From: Candidatus Poribacteria bacterium
GTDB lineage: Bacteria > Poribacteria > WGA-4E > PCPOR2b
Length of the DNA stretch: 64,000 bases
Assembly: GCA_965208325.1 (NCBI GenBank)
Contig: OZ242326.1
Span: 2,208,001 to 2,272,000 of the forward strand
Direction of reading: 5' to 3'
A model generated the notes under the pieces. The model worked only from the letters and a program-made list of their open reading frames with translations. It was not told where the DNA came from and ran no database searches. Shown in pieces: positions 1 through 9,482 of this stretch (the stretch's first letter is position 1; the number at the start of each line of letters is the position of its first letter). The position numbers were made by a program, and so were the translations under genes.

Positions 1-219
1 GAGAGCGGGGTCTCTCCCGAACAATGGTCGAGCCGACCGAAGGTGCGCCGTACCTTTGAACTTCTGCTGGAAAACTATTCTACATTCGGTTGGTCTACGA
101 AACAGACGAGTTCTTTTGAACCGATCCAAGCAGGCGACCAACTCACCGTACTGGATGATGAACCGATTCGGGTGCGCGGGAAATTCTCTTATTGGTGGAT
201 TGAGAACACGAATATCTTC

Positions 220-747
220 ATGACACACTTAACAACAGTTCGCCGCCTGCGCTATCTGCGTGATACGGCGGGCGGCTGCAACAGTACATCTGACGCTTTT
301 CGCCGCTTAACCATGACATGGCATTGCAACACAGCAACCGCAGATGAGGCTGACGGCATCAATACGGTCAATAGCCATGTTGTCAACATTACTGCTCAGT
401 CCTCGCGGACCCACTACCACCCAGCGATTCCGGTTGGCGGCGGTAAACCACAGCACGAAATCTACATGGCGCTCAACCCGAGCGCGTATTCGTTGAACAC
501 TTACGGGCGCGATAGTTACCTACATGTCTTCCCCGATCTTACAAATCTCGCTGACCACAAACAGATACCGCTAACACCGGGTGCCGTCGTCTACATTCCG
601 CCAGATACCGGACATCGCGCCGCGGATGCCTTTGTGAACGTCGTTACGCTGCCCGGCTTCAAGCCGCATAATGAGGTTGATTTAGATGCGCAAATCAAGG
701 AGTCAACCAACGGGAGTGTTCCTTACAATGAGTATGTTCTTCACTAA
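220..747 (+). CDS. Hypothetical protein, possibly cupin-like metal-binding fold
   Basis: ORF 43..747; ATG at 220 is the more plausible start. THYH...HEIY and GAVVYIPPDTGHRA resemble cupin motifs 1 and 2. Confidence 0.5.
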   Translation: MTHLTTVRRLRYLRDTAGGCNSTSDAFRRLTMTWHCNTATADEADGINTVNSHVVNITAQSSRTHYHPAIPVGGGKPQHEIYMALNPSAYSLNTYGRDSYLHVFPDLTNLADHKQIPLTPGAVVYIPPDTGHRAADAFVNVVTLPGFKPHNEVDLDAQIKESTNGSVPYNEYVLH

Positions 748-951
748 CAAAGAACTAAATTGAAAAGTGGGCGGCAAGGCTACATTTTCGTTTGTGCGTC
801 GAAATCATGGAATTTTTAAGGGCTTCACCCTTTCGATAAAGCTATAAACCGATTGGACAATTATGAGGCTATTCCGTCCACTTCTCCTTTAACCGCTCTA
901 CGCCATTAGCAAAAATCTGTGGAGCATGCTTGAAATTCGGATAAACGGATA

Positions 952-1773
952 ATGGACGAGAAGATTTTTAAGTATTACGAGAAGGGCGAAGAGGCAGCTC
1001 GTCTCAGTGATGGATTCGACCGTGTGGAGTTTGAAAGAACGAAGGAAATCCTACTCAGATACCTGCCGCCGCCGCCCGCGAAGATTCTCGATGTTGGAGG
1101 CGGCGCCGGCGCCTATTCCTTCTGGTTAGCGGAAAAGTCCTACACAGTTCATCTGATTGACATTGTGCCCCTCCATGTGGAGCAGGCGAAAAATGCAGAC
1201 GGTGCGGCGCTTCTTGCCAGCATTGGTGAAGGAGACGCCAGAAAACTCGATTTCAAATCTGACTCTATGGATGTCGTGCTTCTACTCGGGCCGCTCTACC
1301 ATCTTCCACGCCGTTCGGATCGAATCCGGGCATTGAACGAAACTCACCGCGTCTTAAAAACCGGAGGTTTGGTGTTTTGCGCTGCCATTTCACGGTTCGC
1401 ATCTCTTCTTGGCGGCTTGGCTCAAGATTTCTTATCCGATCCAGAGTTTCGCAAAATCGCCCTGAAAGATGTAAAAGATGGAAATCACCTCAATCCGAAA
1501 GAGATTCCGGGTTACTTTACAACCGCATACTTTCACAGACCAGAAGAGTTAGCAGCGGAAATTCAGGAAGCAGGACTTAGCCATGTAAGCACATTGGGCT
1601 TAGAGGGGTCATCATGGCTGTTGGGAGATTTCGACGAGCGGTGGGCAGACCCCGCGCGAAAAGAGATTATTCTTGAAGTGTTACGCCTGATAGAAGACGA
1701 AAAAACACTTCTCGGTGTCAGTGCCCATCTTTTGGCAGTTGCCAAAAATGAAATAAGAACTGAAGCTATCTGA
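952..1773 (+). CDS. Class I SAM-dependent methyltransferase
   Basis: ILDVGGGAG motif I, GDAR, DVVLLLGPLYHL, RVLKTGG. Confidence 0.9.
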   Translation: MDEKIFKYYEKGEEAARLSDGFDRVEFERTKEILLRYLPPPPAKILDVGGGAGAYSFWLAEKSYTVHLIDIVPLHVEQAKNADGAALLASIGEGDARKLDFKSDSMDVVLLLGPLYHLPRRSDRIRALNETHRVLKTGGLVFCAAISRFASLLGGLAQDFLSDPEFRKIALKDVKDGNHLNPKEIPGYFTTAYFHRPEELAAEIQEAGLSHVSTLGLEGSSWLLGDFDERWADPARKEIILEVLRLIEDEKTLLGVSAHLLAVAKNEIRTEAI

Positions 1774-1809
1774 TTCAGTTGTCCTTCAATAGGAATCGAA
1801 GGTGTAACG

Positions 1810-2034
1810 ATGGATAAATGGTATATCAGCGTAACAGTTTTGAACGTACTCGCCCTCATTATGCTCATCGGATTTCTAGTGTACTTTTTTCAACCATCGG
1901 CGCTTGTTAAACGGTTAGGGCTTATCTTTTTCCTAACCGCGGGCACGTTGGTCATGGTTAGAGGTGTCGTAAAAATCACGATGGGCATGCAAAAAAGCGG
2001 GAGATTACGGATCCCATCGAAAAAAAGAGATTGA
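1810..2034 (+). CDS. Small membrane protein with two TM helices
   Basis: Two hydrophobic stretches, basic C-terminus, gaaggt RBS-like sequence upstream, co-oriented with neighbours. Confidence 0.55.
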   Translation: MDKWYISVTVLNVLALIMLIGFLVYFFQPSALVKRLGLIFFLTAGTLVMVRGVVKITMGMQKSGRLRIPSKKRD

Positions 2035-2095
2035 CCATCCCGCGTTGTAAACTATTTCTCAGTCGGGAAGTCATAATCATTATCGGAGGAAAATC

Positions 2096-3049
2096 ATGAA
2101 TGACAATCGAACGAAAGTGGCACTTACCCGAGAAGGAAATCGACGTGAAAATGTCTTCACCGCACTCGATTTGGTCCGCGGCGATGTCGTTCCCAAGTTG
2201 CGGGATCAGGTGATGTTGAAACCGAATTTCCTTTCGGGCGATTACCAGTTGGCGTCAACACACGTTGATGCCATCCGCGGCACAATTGATTTTTTGCTGA
2301 CGACCGCAGCGCCACCGCAGGAAATTATTGTGGCGGAAGGCGGCAACGAAGCGGTACCCGGAGAGGCGTTCGAGAATTTCGGTTATTACGCTTTAATTGA
2401 CGAATACCCCATCCCAATTCGGTTGGTCGATCTCAATCAGGAGGAGAATTGGGAGGAGACGCACATCCTTCTCGCGGATTGCAGTGAAGTCCCCGTGTAC
2501 ATGCCCAAAACCGTGTTGGATTGCCCGTGCACGATCTCCGTCGGTGTCGCAAAAACACACGATGTCTGTGTGGTTACACTTGCCCTTAAAAACATGATTA
2601 TGGGGACATTACGCAAACAGGACCGCGTCAAGATGCACGGCTTCTGCAGCCACGCGGAGCGAAAATTGCCCCGCGAGGCACAGACACTGAACATCAATCT
2701 GATTCGGTTGTCCCGATATCTGTGCCCCGACATCGCCGTTATTGACGGATACCTTGGGTTACAGGGAAACGGTCCTATTGGAACCGACGCCGTTGATTTC
2801 GGGATTGCTGTCGCAAGTGCAGACGTGTTTGCCGCCGACACCGTGATGGCGAAAGCGATGGGCTTTGATCCACTGCATCTTGGATTGATGCATTACGCCA
2901 ATGAGATGGGATATGGTACGGCTAATCTCAATAAAATCGATGTGTTGGGAACCCCGATCGAATCAGTGATCACGCCGTTCAAGCCGCATGAAACGGTGCA
3001 TCTCCAATTGCAATGGCATGAACCCGATGCGATGCGTTATTTGACATAA
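2096..3049 (+). CDS. DUF362 family protein
   Basis: VMLKPNF, IIVAEG, KTH...TLALKNMIMG and VIDG..GLQGNGP motifs; GGAGG RBS. Confidence 0.85.
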   Translation: MNDNRTKVALTREGNRRENVFTALDLVRGDVVPKLRDQVMLKPNFLSGDYQLASTHVDAIRGTIDFLLTTAAPPQEIIVAEGGNEAVPGEAFENFGYYALIDEYPIPIRLVDLNQEENWEETHILLADCSEVPVYMPKTVLDCPCTISVGVAKTHDVCVVTLALKNMIMGTLRKQDRVKMHGFCSHAERKLPREAQTLNINLIRLSRYLCPDIAVIDGYLGLQGNGPIGTDAVDFGIAVASADVFAADTVMAKAMGFDPLHLGLMHYANEMGYGTANLNKIDVLGTPIESVITPFKPHETVHLQLQWHEPDAMRYLT

Positions 3050-3112
3050 AATGTGTGAGTACGTCGATTGGCTTGTTCAGGCGGCATAGGGACGGTCGAG
3101 CAGAACATCAGA

Positions 3113-3140
3113 GTAGGTGCGGAGGAATCACTTCGCACCC
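3113..3140 (+). repeat. GTAG-type REP-like palindrome
   Basis: gtaggtgcggaggaatcacttcgcaccc: GTAG followed by an imperfect hairpin; related to 3500-3524. Confidence 0.45.
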
Positions 3141-3162
3141 ATCGCGTCGAGCTAGAAAAAAC

Positions 3163-3191
3163 TTGACATCTTATCAATCGTTTGTTAACAT
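3163..3191 (+). promoter_or_regulatory. Sigma70-type promoter for the ileS leader
   Basis: TTGACA (3163-3168), 17 nt spacer, TGn-TAACAT (3186-3191). Confidence 0.65.
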
Positions 3192-3234
3192 AGTGTTATA
3201 GTTTGCCGCGACTTCAGATGGAGAGATTTGGACT

Positions 3235-3375
3235 GTGTCACATTCATTATCACGCGCCGCTGTGGACAATACGCATAATAGAGGCATACCCGCTGTACCT
3301 TTCGTGTCTGCCTTGATTCCCATAATCGACGTCATTTGCGCGTCTTACTGTGGTGGGCTGATAAAAACGACCTAA
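3235..3375 (+). CDS. Candidate Ile-rich leader peptide (46 aa) of an ileS attenuator
   Basis: GGAGAG at 3220-3225, GTG start, MSHSLSRAAVDNTHNRGIPAVPFVSALIPIIDVICASYCGGLIKTT, stop 3373-3375; 6 Ile codons, 4 of them within 7 codons. Confidence 0.5.
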   Translation: MSHSLSRAAVDNTHNRGIPAVPFVSALIPIIDVICASYCGGLIKTT

Positions 3376-3406
3376 ATTCGGTTCCGCAATCATAATTATA
3401 CATAAT

Positions 3407-3449
3407 GCCCATCATCGAAACAGGCTTCGATGGTGGGCGTTTTTATTTT
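3407..3449 (+). terminator. Intrinsic terminator in the ileS 5' leader
   Basis: 13-bp stem gcccatcatcgaa / ttcgatggtgggc with one GU pair, 6-nt loop, then gtttttatttt. Confidence 0.8.
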
Positions 3450-3498
3450 CGGTGAATATCTGTCATAGCCATTACCATCCATGTGTGCACACGCCGCG

Positions 3499-3566
3499 TT
3501 AGGTGCGGATTCCAACCGCACCTATGGACTGGATGAATACCGGTTCGGTTAAGAAACCGAACCTGC
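3499..3566. repeat. REP-like doublet of hairpins
   Basis: taggtgcgg-attccaa-ccgcaccta and ggttcggtt-aaga-aaccgaacc hairpins close together. Confidence 0.5.
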
Positions 3567-3652
3567 CGCAGTGTATAAATCTTCATAGGATTCACTATAG
3601 CTTTTGGAAGGTTTTGGACGCTCCAACGGTTTGCGTTAGGGAGGAAGAGCGT

Positions 3653-6600
3653 ATGTTTAAGGAAGTACCCAACACAGTCGATTTTATCGCGCAGGAACAC
3701 CAAGTGCTTGAGTTCTGGCGCGACAGCGACGCGTTTAATAAGCTCAAAGCGTTAAGACAAGACGGACCGCGCTGGAGTTTCATTGATGGTCCAATTACAG
3801 CCAACAATCCGATGGGGGTTCACCACGCTTGGGGACGCACCTATAAAGATCTCTACCACCGTTTCAAGGCGATGCAAGGTTACCAAACGCGCTATCAAAA
3901 CGGGTTTGATTGCCAAGGGCTTTGGGTTGAGGTCAATGTCGAGCGTGAAATTGGATTTAAGAGTAAAAAGGATATTGAATCCTACGGGCTGGCGGAGTTT
4001 GTCAACGCTTGCAAGCAGACGGTGCTTCGATACGCCGCAACGCAGACTGAGCAGTCGATTCGGTTGGGTTACTGGATGGAGTGGGATGACCCGCAGCAGT
4101 TACGGTATCTGGAAGCGAAGATGGCTGAAGACCCATCGGCAATTGTCACGGTAGAAGCACCGAACGGTTCCGTCACCGACACAGCGGAACAGCTCGTCGG
4201 ACGGTTGGGTATGCCGCAGTTGGGCGGATCTTACTTCACTTTTTCAGATGAAAACAATTACACGATTTGGTCGATGCTCAAGAGTTGTTTCGATCGCGGT
4301 TGGATTTACAAGGGTACAGATGTCATGCCTTGGTGCACGCGATGTGATACGGGCATCAGCCAACACGAGATTGTGACTGACGGATACCGGGAGTTGAGCC
4401 ATAAAAGCATTTTCCTGCGCTTTCCGCTGCGCAACCGCCCCGATGAAAGCCTGTTAGTTTGGACGACGACGCCGTGGACACTGACTAGCAACGTAGCGGC
4501 AGCCGTGCATCCCGATCTCAGCTACGTCCTCGTTGAACAAAATGGACAACGCATGTGGCTGGGCAAAGGGGCTTTGGAGAACGCCATTCGAGGACCGTTT
4601 CACGTGCTTGAAGAAAAATTGGGTGCTGCGTTAGAGGGTTGGACCTATGACGGCCCATTTGACGAGTTGCCCGCCCAACAAACCGCAGGCGCAGCCGCCC
4701 AACACCGCATCGTGCTGTGGGACGAAGTGGGAAAAGCCGAGGGAACGGGAATCGTTCATGTAGCGCCGGGGTGCGGAGCAGAGGACTTTGAGCTGAGCAA
4801 AGTCCAGAATCTGGCAGTCATTGCGCCGTTGGAGGCGGGAGGAATCTATGGAGAAGGGTTCGATTGGTTGACGGGCCGGTATGTACATACCGTCACCGAA
4901 GAAATTTTCGAAAATCTGAATCAGAAGGGTATTGTGTATCGCCTGGAGGACTATACGCACCGTTATCCGGTGTGTTGGCGATGCGAAGAGGAACTCGTTT
5001 TCCGATTGGTAGACGAATGGTATATCTCAATGGGTGAGCAATTCGACAAACCCTATGAGGAGATTGCCGAAGCGGAAAAGCGGCAAAATTTACGCTACCA
5101 GATGATGGAGGTTGTCCTAAACCAAACCAACTGGTATCCCGCGTTTGGACGCGCACGCGAACTTGATTGGCTGCGCAATATGCACGACTGGATGATTTCC
5201 AAGAAGCGCTACTGGGGTCTAGCGCTTCCAATCTACGAATGCGGCGAATGCAGCCACTTCCATGTCATCGGGAGTCGCGAGGAATTGAAGGAACGCGCCG
5301 TTGATGGCTGGGAACTGTTTGAGGGGCATACGCCGCACCGCCCCTGGATTGATGCCGTGAAAATCGCATGCCCACAGTGCAGTGCGCCGGTTTCACGGAT
5401 TCAAGATGTAGGCAACCCGTGGTTGGACGCGGGCATCGTCACCTTCAGCACGCTTCAGTACCGCACCGACAGAGACTACTGGCAGAAGTGGTTTCCCGCG
5501 GATTTAATCAGTGAAAGTTTTCCGGGCCAATTTCGCAACTGGTTCTACTCGCTAATCGCCATGAGCACTGTCATGGCAAAACATGCACCCTTCAGGCATA
5601 TCTTCACTTACGCAACACTGTTTGGCGAAGACGGGAAACCGATGCACAAGTCCTCGCCCAATGTAATCTGGTTCGATGAGGCGGCGGAGAAGATGGGAGT
5701 GGACGTGATGCGTTGGATGTATTGCGTCGCGAAACCGGAGCAAAATCTACTTTTTGGTTATAAACGAGCGGACGAGGTTCGGCGCCAGTGCTTGATACCG
5801 TTGTGGAACTTGTATAGCTTCCTCGTCACTTATGCGAATCTTGACGGGTGGCAGCCAGACAGCAAGCTCTGGGCGGCGTATGCGGACAACCTGCACCGTA
5901 ATACTTTGGATCGCTGGATATTATCGCGGCTACAGGTAACGGTCCGCGAAGTAACCGACGGACTAGAGACGTTTGAGCCGGATAAAGCCTGCCGCGCGAT
6001 TGAGCGTTTTCTTGACGATTTATCAAATTGGTATGTGCGGCGAAGCCGCCGCCGCTTCTGGAAGTCGGAGGCGGATGCGGACAAACAGTCCGCATACCGG
6101 ACGCTCTACAGCGTTATGGTAACCTTCACACATCTGCTAGCGCCGTTCGTCCCTTTCGTCACAGAGTCAATCTATCAAAACTTGGTACGCCGAGTTGATC
6201 CGACAGCGCCGGAATCGGTACACCATGTCAATTGGCCGCAACCGCACGAAGCGTTGCTGGATGAATCCCTCATTAAGGCGATGGGAACAACCCGCACGGT
6301 GGTGACATTGGGGCTTGCCGCCCGCGCCTCTGCGAACCTGAAAGTTCGGCAACCGCTGAGCCGCGCCTTAGTTTCCCTACCCGACAGACAGAAGTTAGAC
6401 GATGAGATGATTGTGTTGATTACGGACGAACTCAACGTGAAGTCCGTGGAGTTTGTGGACGATGCCAATCAACTGCTACGATACCGTCTGCTGCCGGATA
6501 ACCGCATACTGGGACCGCGGTTTGGGGCGCGCTTCCCGGCGGTGAGGCGAGCGCTGGATGAGTTAAGCGACCAGGATACAACGGAAGCCGTGCGGCAGTT

Positions 6601-7024
6601 GGAAAGCGGCGGTGCAATTGCACTGGAATTGGATGACGGGATGGTTCCGCTCGCCGCGGAGGAGGTCATCATCCAGCACGAACAACCCGAAGGGCTGGCG
6701 GTCACCACGGAACAGGGGATGACGGTTGCTGTTGATACGCAACTTACTCCGGAACTAGTTTCGGAGGGATTGGCACGCGAGGTGGTGCGCCACATTCAGA
6801 ACTTGCGGAAAGCTGCCGATTTCAAGCTCGATGACCGCATTGTCACCACGTATCAGGCAGACCAAGAACTCATGCAGGTGATTGCCGATTGGTCGGCGTA
6901 CATTGCGAACGAAACGCTAAGCGTGGAATTACGCGCGGGGCAACCTATGGCAGAGGCTGCGCAGGCCGAAGACACCGTGTCCGGACTTCAGTTGAAATTA
7001 GGGGTGAGCCGGGCAGTTGTGTAG
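3653..7024 (+). CDS. ileS: Isoleucine--tRNA ligase, type 2
   Basis: FIDGPITANNPMGVHH, GFDCQGLWVE, WTTTPWTL, GTGIVHVAPG, DWMISKKRYWG, PMHKS, LSNWYVRRSRRRFW, EGLAREVVRHIQNLRK. The ATG at 3653 follows GGAGGA; the ORF track start at 3503 is too long. Confidence 0.97.
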   Translation: MFKEVPNTVDFIAQEHQVLEFWRDSDAFNKLKALRQDGPRWSFIDGPITANNPMGVHHAWGRTYKDLYHRFKAMQGYQTRYQNGFDCQGLWVEVNVEREIGFKSKKDIESYGLAEFVNACKQTVLRYAATQTEQSIRLGYWMEWDDPQQLRYLEAKMAEDPSAIVTVEAPNGSVTDTAEQLVGRLGMPQLGGSYFTFSDENNYTIWSMLKSCFDRGWIYKGTDVMPWCTRCDTGISQHEIVTDGYRELSHKSIFLRFPLRNRPDESLLVWTTTPWTLTSNVAAAVHPDLSYVLVEQNGQRMWLGKGALENAIRGPFHVLEEKLGAALEGWTYDGPFDELPAQQTAGAAAQHRIVLWDEVGKAEGTGIVHVAPGCGAEDFELSKVQNLAVIAPLEAGGIYGEGFDWLTGRYVHTVTEEIFENLNQKGIVYRLEDYTHRYPVCWRCEEELVFRLVDEWYISMGEQFDKPYEEIAEAEKRQNLRYQMMEVVLNQTNWYPAFGRARELDWLRNMHDWMISKKRYWGLALPIYECGECSHFHVIGSREELKERAVDGWELFEGHTPHRPWIDAVKIACPQCSAPVSRIQDVGNPWLDAGIVTFSTLQYRTDRDYWQKWFPADLISESFPGQFRNWFYSLIAMSTVMAKHAPFRHIFTYATLFGEDGKPMHKSSPNVIWFDEAAEKMGVDVMRWMYCVAKPEQNLLFGYKRADEVRRQCLIPLWNLYSFLVTYANLDGWQPDSKLWAAYADNLHRNTLDRWILSRLQVTVREVTDGLETFEPDKACRAIERFLDDLSNWYVRRSRRRFWKSEADADKQSAYRTLYSVMVTFTHLLAPFVPFVTESIYQNLVRRVDPTAPESVHHVNWPQPHEALLDESLIKAMGTTRTVVTLGLAARASANLKVRQPLSRALVSLPDRQKLDDEMIVLITDELNVKSVEFVDDANQLLRYRLLPDNRILGPRFGARFPAVRRALDELSDQDTTEAVRQLESGGAIALELDDGMVPLAAEEVIIQHEQPEGLAVTTEQGMTVAVDTQLTPELVSEGLAREVVRHIQNLRKAADFKLDDRIVTTYQADQELMQVIADWSAYIANETLSVELRAGQPMAEAAQAEDTVSGLQLKLGVSRAVV

Positions 7025-7157
7025 CTCATGTGCCGAGGCAGATTTTTGGGTGGAAGGGCGGCACTTTCCCATCGGGCAAAACACATGCCAACGCTTCGGC
7101 GTCAAGTACGCGGCTATCTCGTCAAAACGACGCAAATTCCGAGTGTGGAGTATACCC

Positions 7158-9428
7158 TCAGCGATTCCAGAGATAAGAAATTTTGATGACGAAAACCCGG
7201 TCGTCCAATCTCAACTTTTCTTCTTCGGTTTGCCAATCTTCATTATACGCTAAAAATAGATGGCTTTTAGGGCTATATTCCCACCCGAACAGTACGCTGA
7301 CCAGATAATTCTTCTCGGTGTGCATCTTGTCATAGGAGATATGTTCGCGCCCAGCTTGGGTGAAAACCCTCAGAAATGCGTCCCGGGTAAATAGATAAGT
7401 GAAGCGCAGCGAACTTACCAAAAACCGTCCGTCAATGATGGATTTTTGATCCAAGCTCTGGGCGTAACTGCCCGAAAACACTGCGGTGATGTTACTCCGC
7501 GGCCGTACGGTGCTAAATATAGAGAACTGACGCTTCTTCCCAGCGGATTGCCTCGCAAAATTGTAAAAATCGCCCAACTCGCCCTCTAATCCCACCGATG
7601 CGGGTCGAGCACTGTTGGTTTCAACAAAAATTCCGTATTCGATTGCCGTGAATATGTCGGTTTGCTCGACCTCCCGCGCACGCCGATAATGCGCACCGAA
7701 GACATCTAAAATCGACTCCGTAAAATTCATACCCGCAGAAAAGTCTCCCTCCCAAGCGATTAAATCCTCTTCAAACTCCGGAGAAAGCGTGCTGTTTGGA
7801 ATGTTCTCTTGCCAATCGTTAAAATACGTTTCGGTGTAAAGCCCACGATGTGCGCCGCCGTGTCCCTCCAAAAATAACCGATGCGAACCCAACTGAGGCG
7901 TATAAGCCGCCTCGAAACTAACACCCTGTTCCCCGCGGTACATCTCCTTTTGTAAGAAACCTGTCTGATTGGTTTCAAATAAAGGCGCTATCCTTTCCAA
8001 TCCGATTGCGGCGTTCCAGAGATGATTTCGCTGCCCAATTTCGATGAGAAAGGCGCTGTTATTCGTGTCATCCCCCGGGTGAAAACTCTCACTGAATTGC
8101 GCCGACAATCGATACGTTTTGTGAAAGAGCAAGTTCGCATCTACGCCTCCCACACGGCTATGCCCACCCTGATTGTCATCAAGGTGTTCTTTGTTGGCGA
8201 TGATAAACCCAATATTTGAACGCTTCAGGATATCCTTTTTAAGCCGCAACGCTGAATACAGTACCGATTCATTGAATTCTGCCGGCCTTCCAAACCCGAA
8301 CACATCGAAACTGCCAGTTTGGCTGGTCAGAAATCCGATTGAGTAATCTCCAACCTTGCCGGTCATCTTTGTACCCCAGAGAATGTCCCCGCGGCTGCCA
8401 ATCCGGCGGCTGAAAAAGAGATCTAATGGGGTTTCAAAGAAGCTGTTCCCTTCGATGAAGAAAGGCCGCTTCTCCGGAAAGCGCGTCGGATAACGGGTCA
8501 GGTTTATTTCCAACTGGTCGGCTTCCACTTGGGCAAAATCGGGGTTAACGGTAAGGTTAGTCTTTAATGACTCTGTCAAGTTAAATTGAATATCTAAACC
8601 GGTACCTAGCTCATGGTCTACCCCTGCCTCCCCTTCAGAGATAGATTCTTTGCCGTTACCCTTAAACATGCCTCCTAAAAAGTAGGGAGAAATCTCTAAC
8701 TGTTTGCCGGCTTCGATATCTTGCACTCCCGTCAAGTGGCCCAAATCAGCCATCCGCGTAACAGCACCGGACTGGGTCATCTGCTTCCAGACGGTGACCT
8801 CATTCTTCCTCCGATTCACGCGCTCAACGTCAAATCCCCACACCGGTTGCCCCTTGGCTGCAAATCGAAAATTTGCAAACGGGATTTTAAACTCTGCAGT
8901 CCATCCAAGGTCATCCCGCTGCGTCTCAACCCACCAGATTCCCTTCCAGCTAGAATCCGACCGGGAATCATTATAACGATAGGCATCGCTTTGCACACCG
9001 CCGGGCGTGGTTGCGAACTTGTAACCGGTGCGGTGGTCATGATGCGGATCAAAGAAAAAGGAAATTACATCCGACTCATACACATTTCCGCGCCGGGTGA
9101 TGCGATTGATAATTTTATCGGGATCGGCATCGAAACAGCGGAATCCGACGTAGATATGATTATCGTCATAGGCGATAGCAAACGCCGTATCATCTGTCGC
9201 AGGCTGGCCGCGATTCGGAGTGAGTTGAATGAATTTGCTTACGAACCTTGTGATTTGCCACGCGGGATCATCCAATCGTCCATCAATTTTGGGCGGCGGA
9301 GTGTTTTCTATTCGGTGAGCTTCTACAATGTGTTTTCCTAATCCATCCTCATGGGCTTGCAACAGATTCGGGCTTAGGAACAACAACGGTAGGAGGAGGG
9401 CGGATAATTGACACCGACCTTTTTTCAC
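7158..9428 (-). CDS. Secreted CBM9-like/DUF5916 protein, likely outer-membrane beta-barrel
   Basis: Signal peptide, PKIDGRLDDPAW, GWTAEFKIPF, LTVNPDFAQVEAD, FPEKRPFF, FFSRRIG; C-terminus KISYLWNR. Confidence 0.8.
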   Translation of the reverse strand: MKKGRCQLSALLLPLLFLSPNLLQAHEDGLGKHIVEAHRIENTPPPKIDGRLDDPAWQITRFVSKFIQLTPNRGQPATDDTAFAIAYDDNHIYVGFRCFDADPDKIINRITRRGNVYESDVISFFFDPHHDHRTGYKFATTPGGVQSDAYRYNDSRSDSSWKGIWWVETQRDDLGWTAEFKIPFANFRFAAKGQPVWGFDVERVNRRKNEVTVWKQMTQSGAVTRMADLGHLTGVQDIEAGKQLEISPYFLGGMFKGNGKESISEGEAGVDHELGTGLDIQFNLTESLKTNLTVNPDFAQVEADQLEINLTRYPTRFPEKRPFFIEGNSFFETPLDLFFSRRIGSRGDILWGTKMTGKVGDYSIGFLTSQTGSFDVFGFGRPAEFNESVLYSALRLKKDILKRSNIGFIIANKEHLDDNQGGHSRVGGVDANLLFHKTYRLSAQFSESFHPGDDTNNSAFLIEIGQRNHLWNAAIGLERIAPLFETNQTGFLQKEMYRGEQGVSFEAAYTPQLGSHRLFLEGHGGAHRGLYTETYFNDWQENIPNSTLSPEFEEDLIAWEGDFSAGMNFTESILDVFGAHYRRAREVEQTDIFTAIEYGIFVETNSARPASVGLEGELGDFYNFARQSAGKKRQFSIFSTVRPRSNITAVFSGSYAQSLDQKSIIDGRFLVSSLRFTYLFTRDAFLRVFTQAGREHISYDKMHTEKNYLVSVLFGWEYSPKSHLFLAYNEDWQTEEEKLRLDDRVFVIKISYLWNR

Positions 9429-9482
9429 TGCGCAACCTCATCGTGATACAAGATCAGTGCAAAAGCATCTGAGAGAGGTGAG

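Noticed and set aside
3389..3400. Four tandem Ile codons (ATC ATA ATT ATA) just before the ileS leader terminator
   Set aside because: This frame has a TAA at 3362 and no start codon before the run, so it is not itself a leader peptide; the 3235-3375 frame fits better.
3200..3450. T-box riboswitch upstream of ileS
   Set aside because: No GGTGGNACC T-box consensus or convincing stem I was found by eye; an Rfam search would be decisive.
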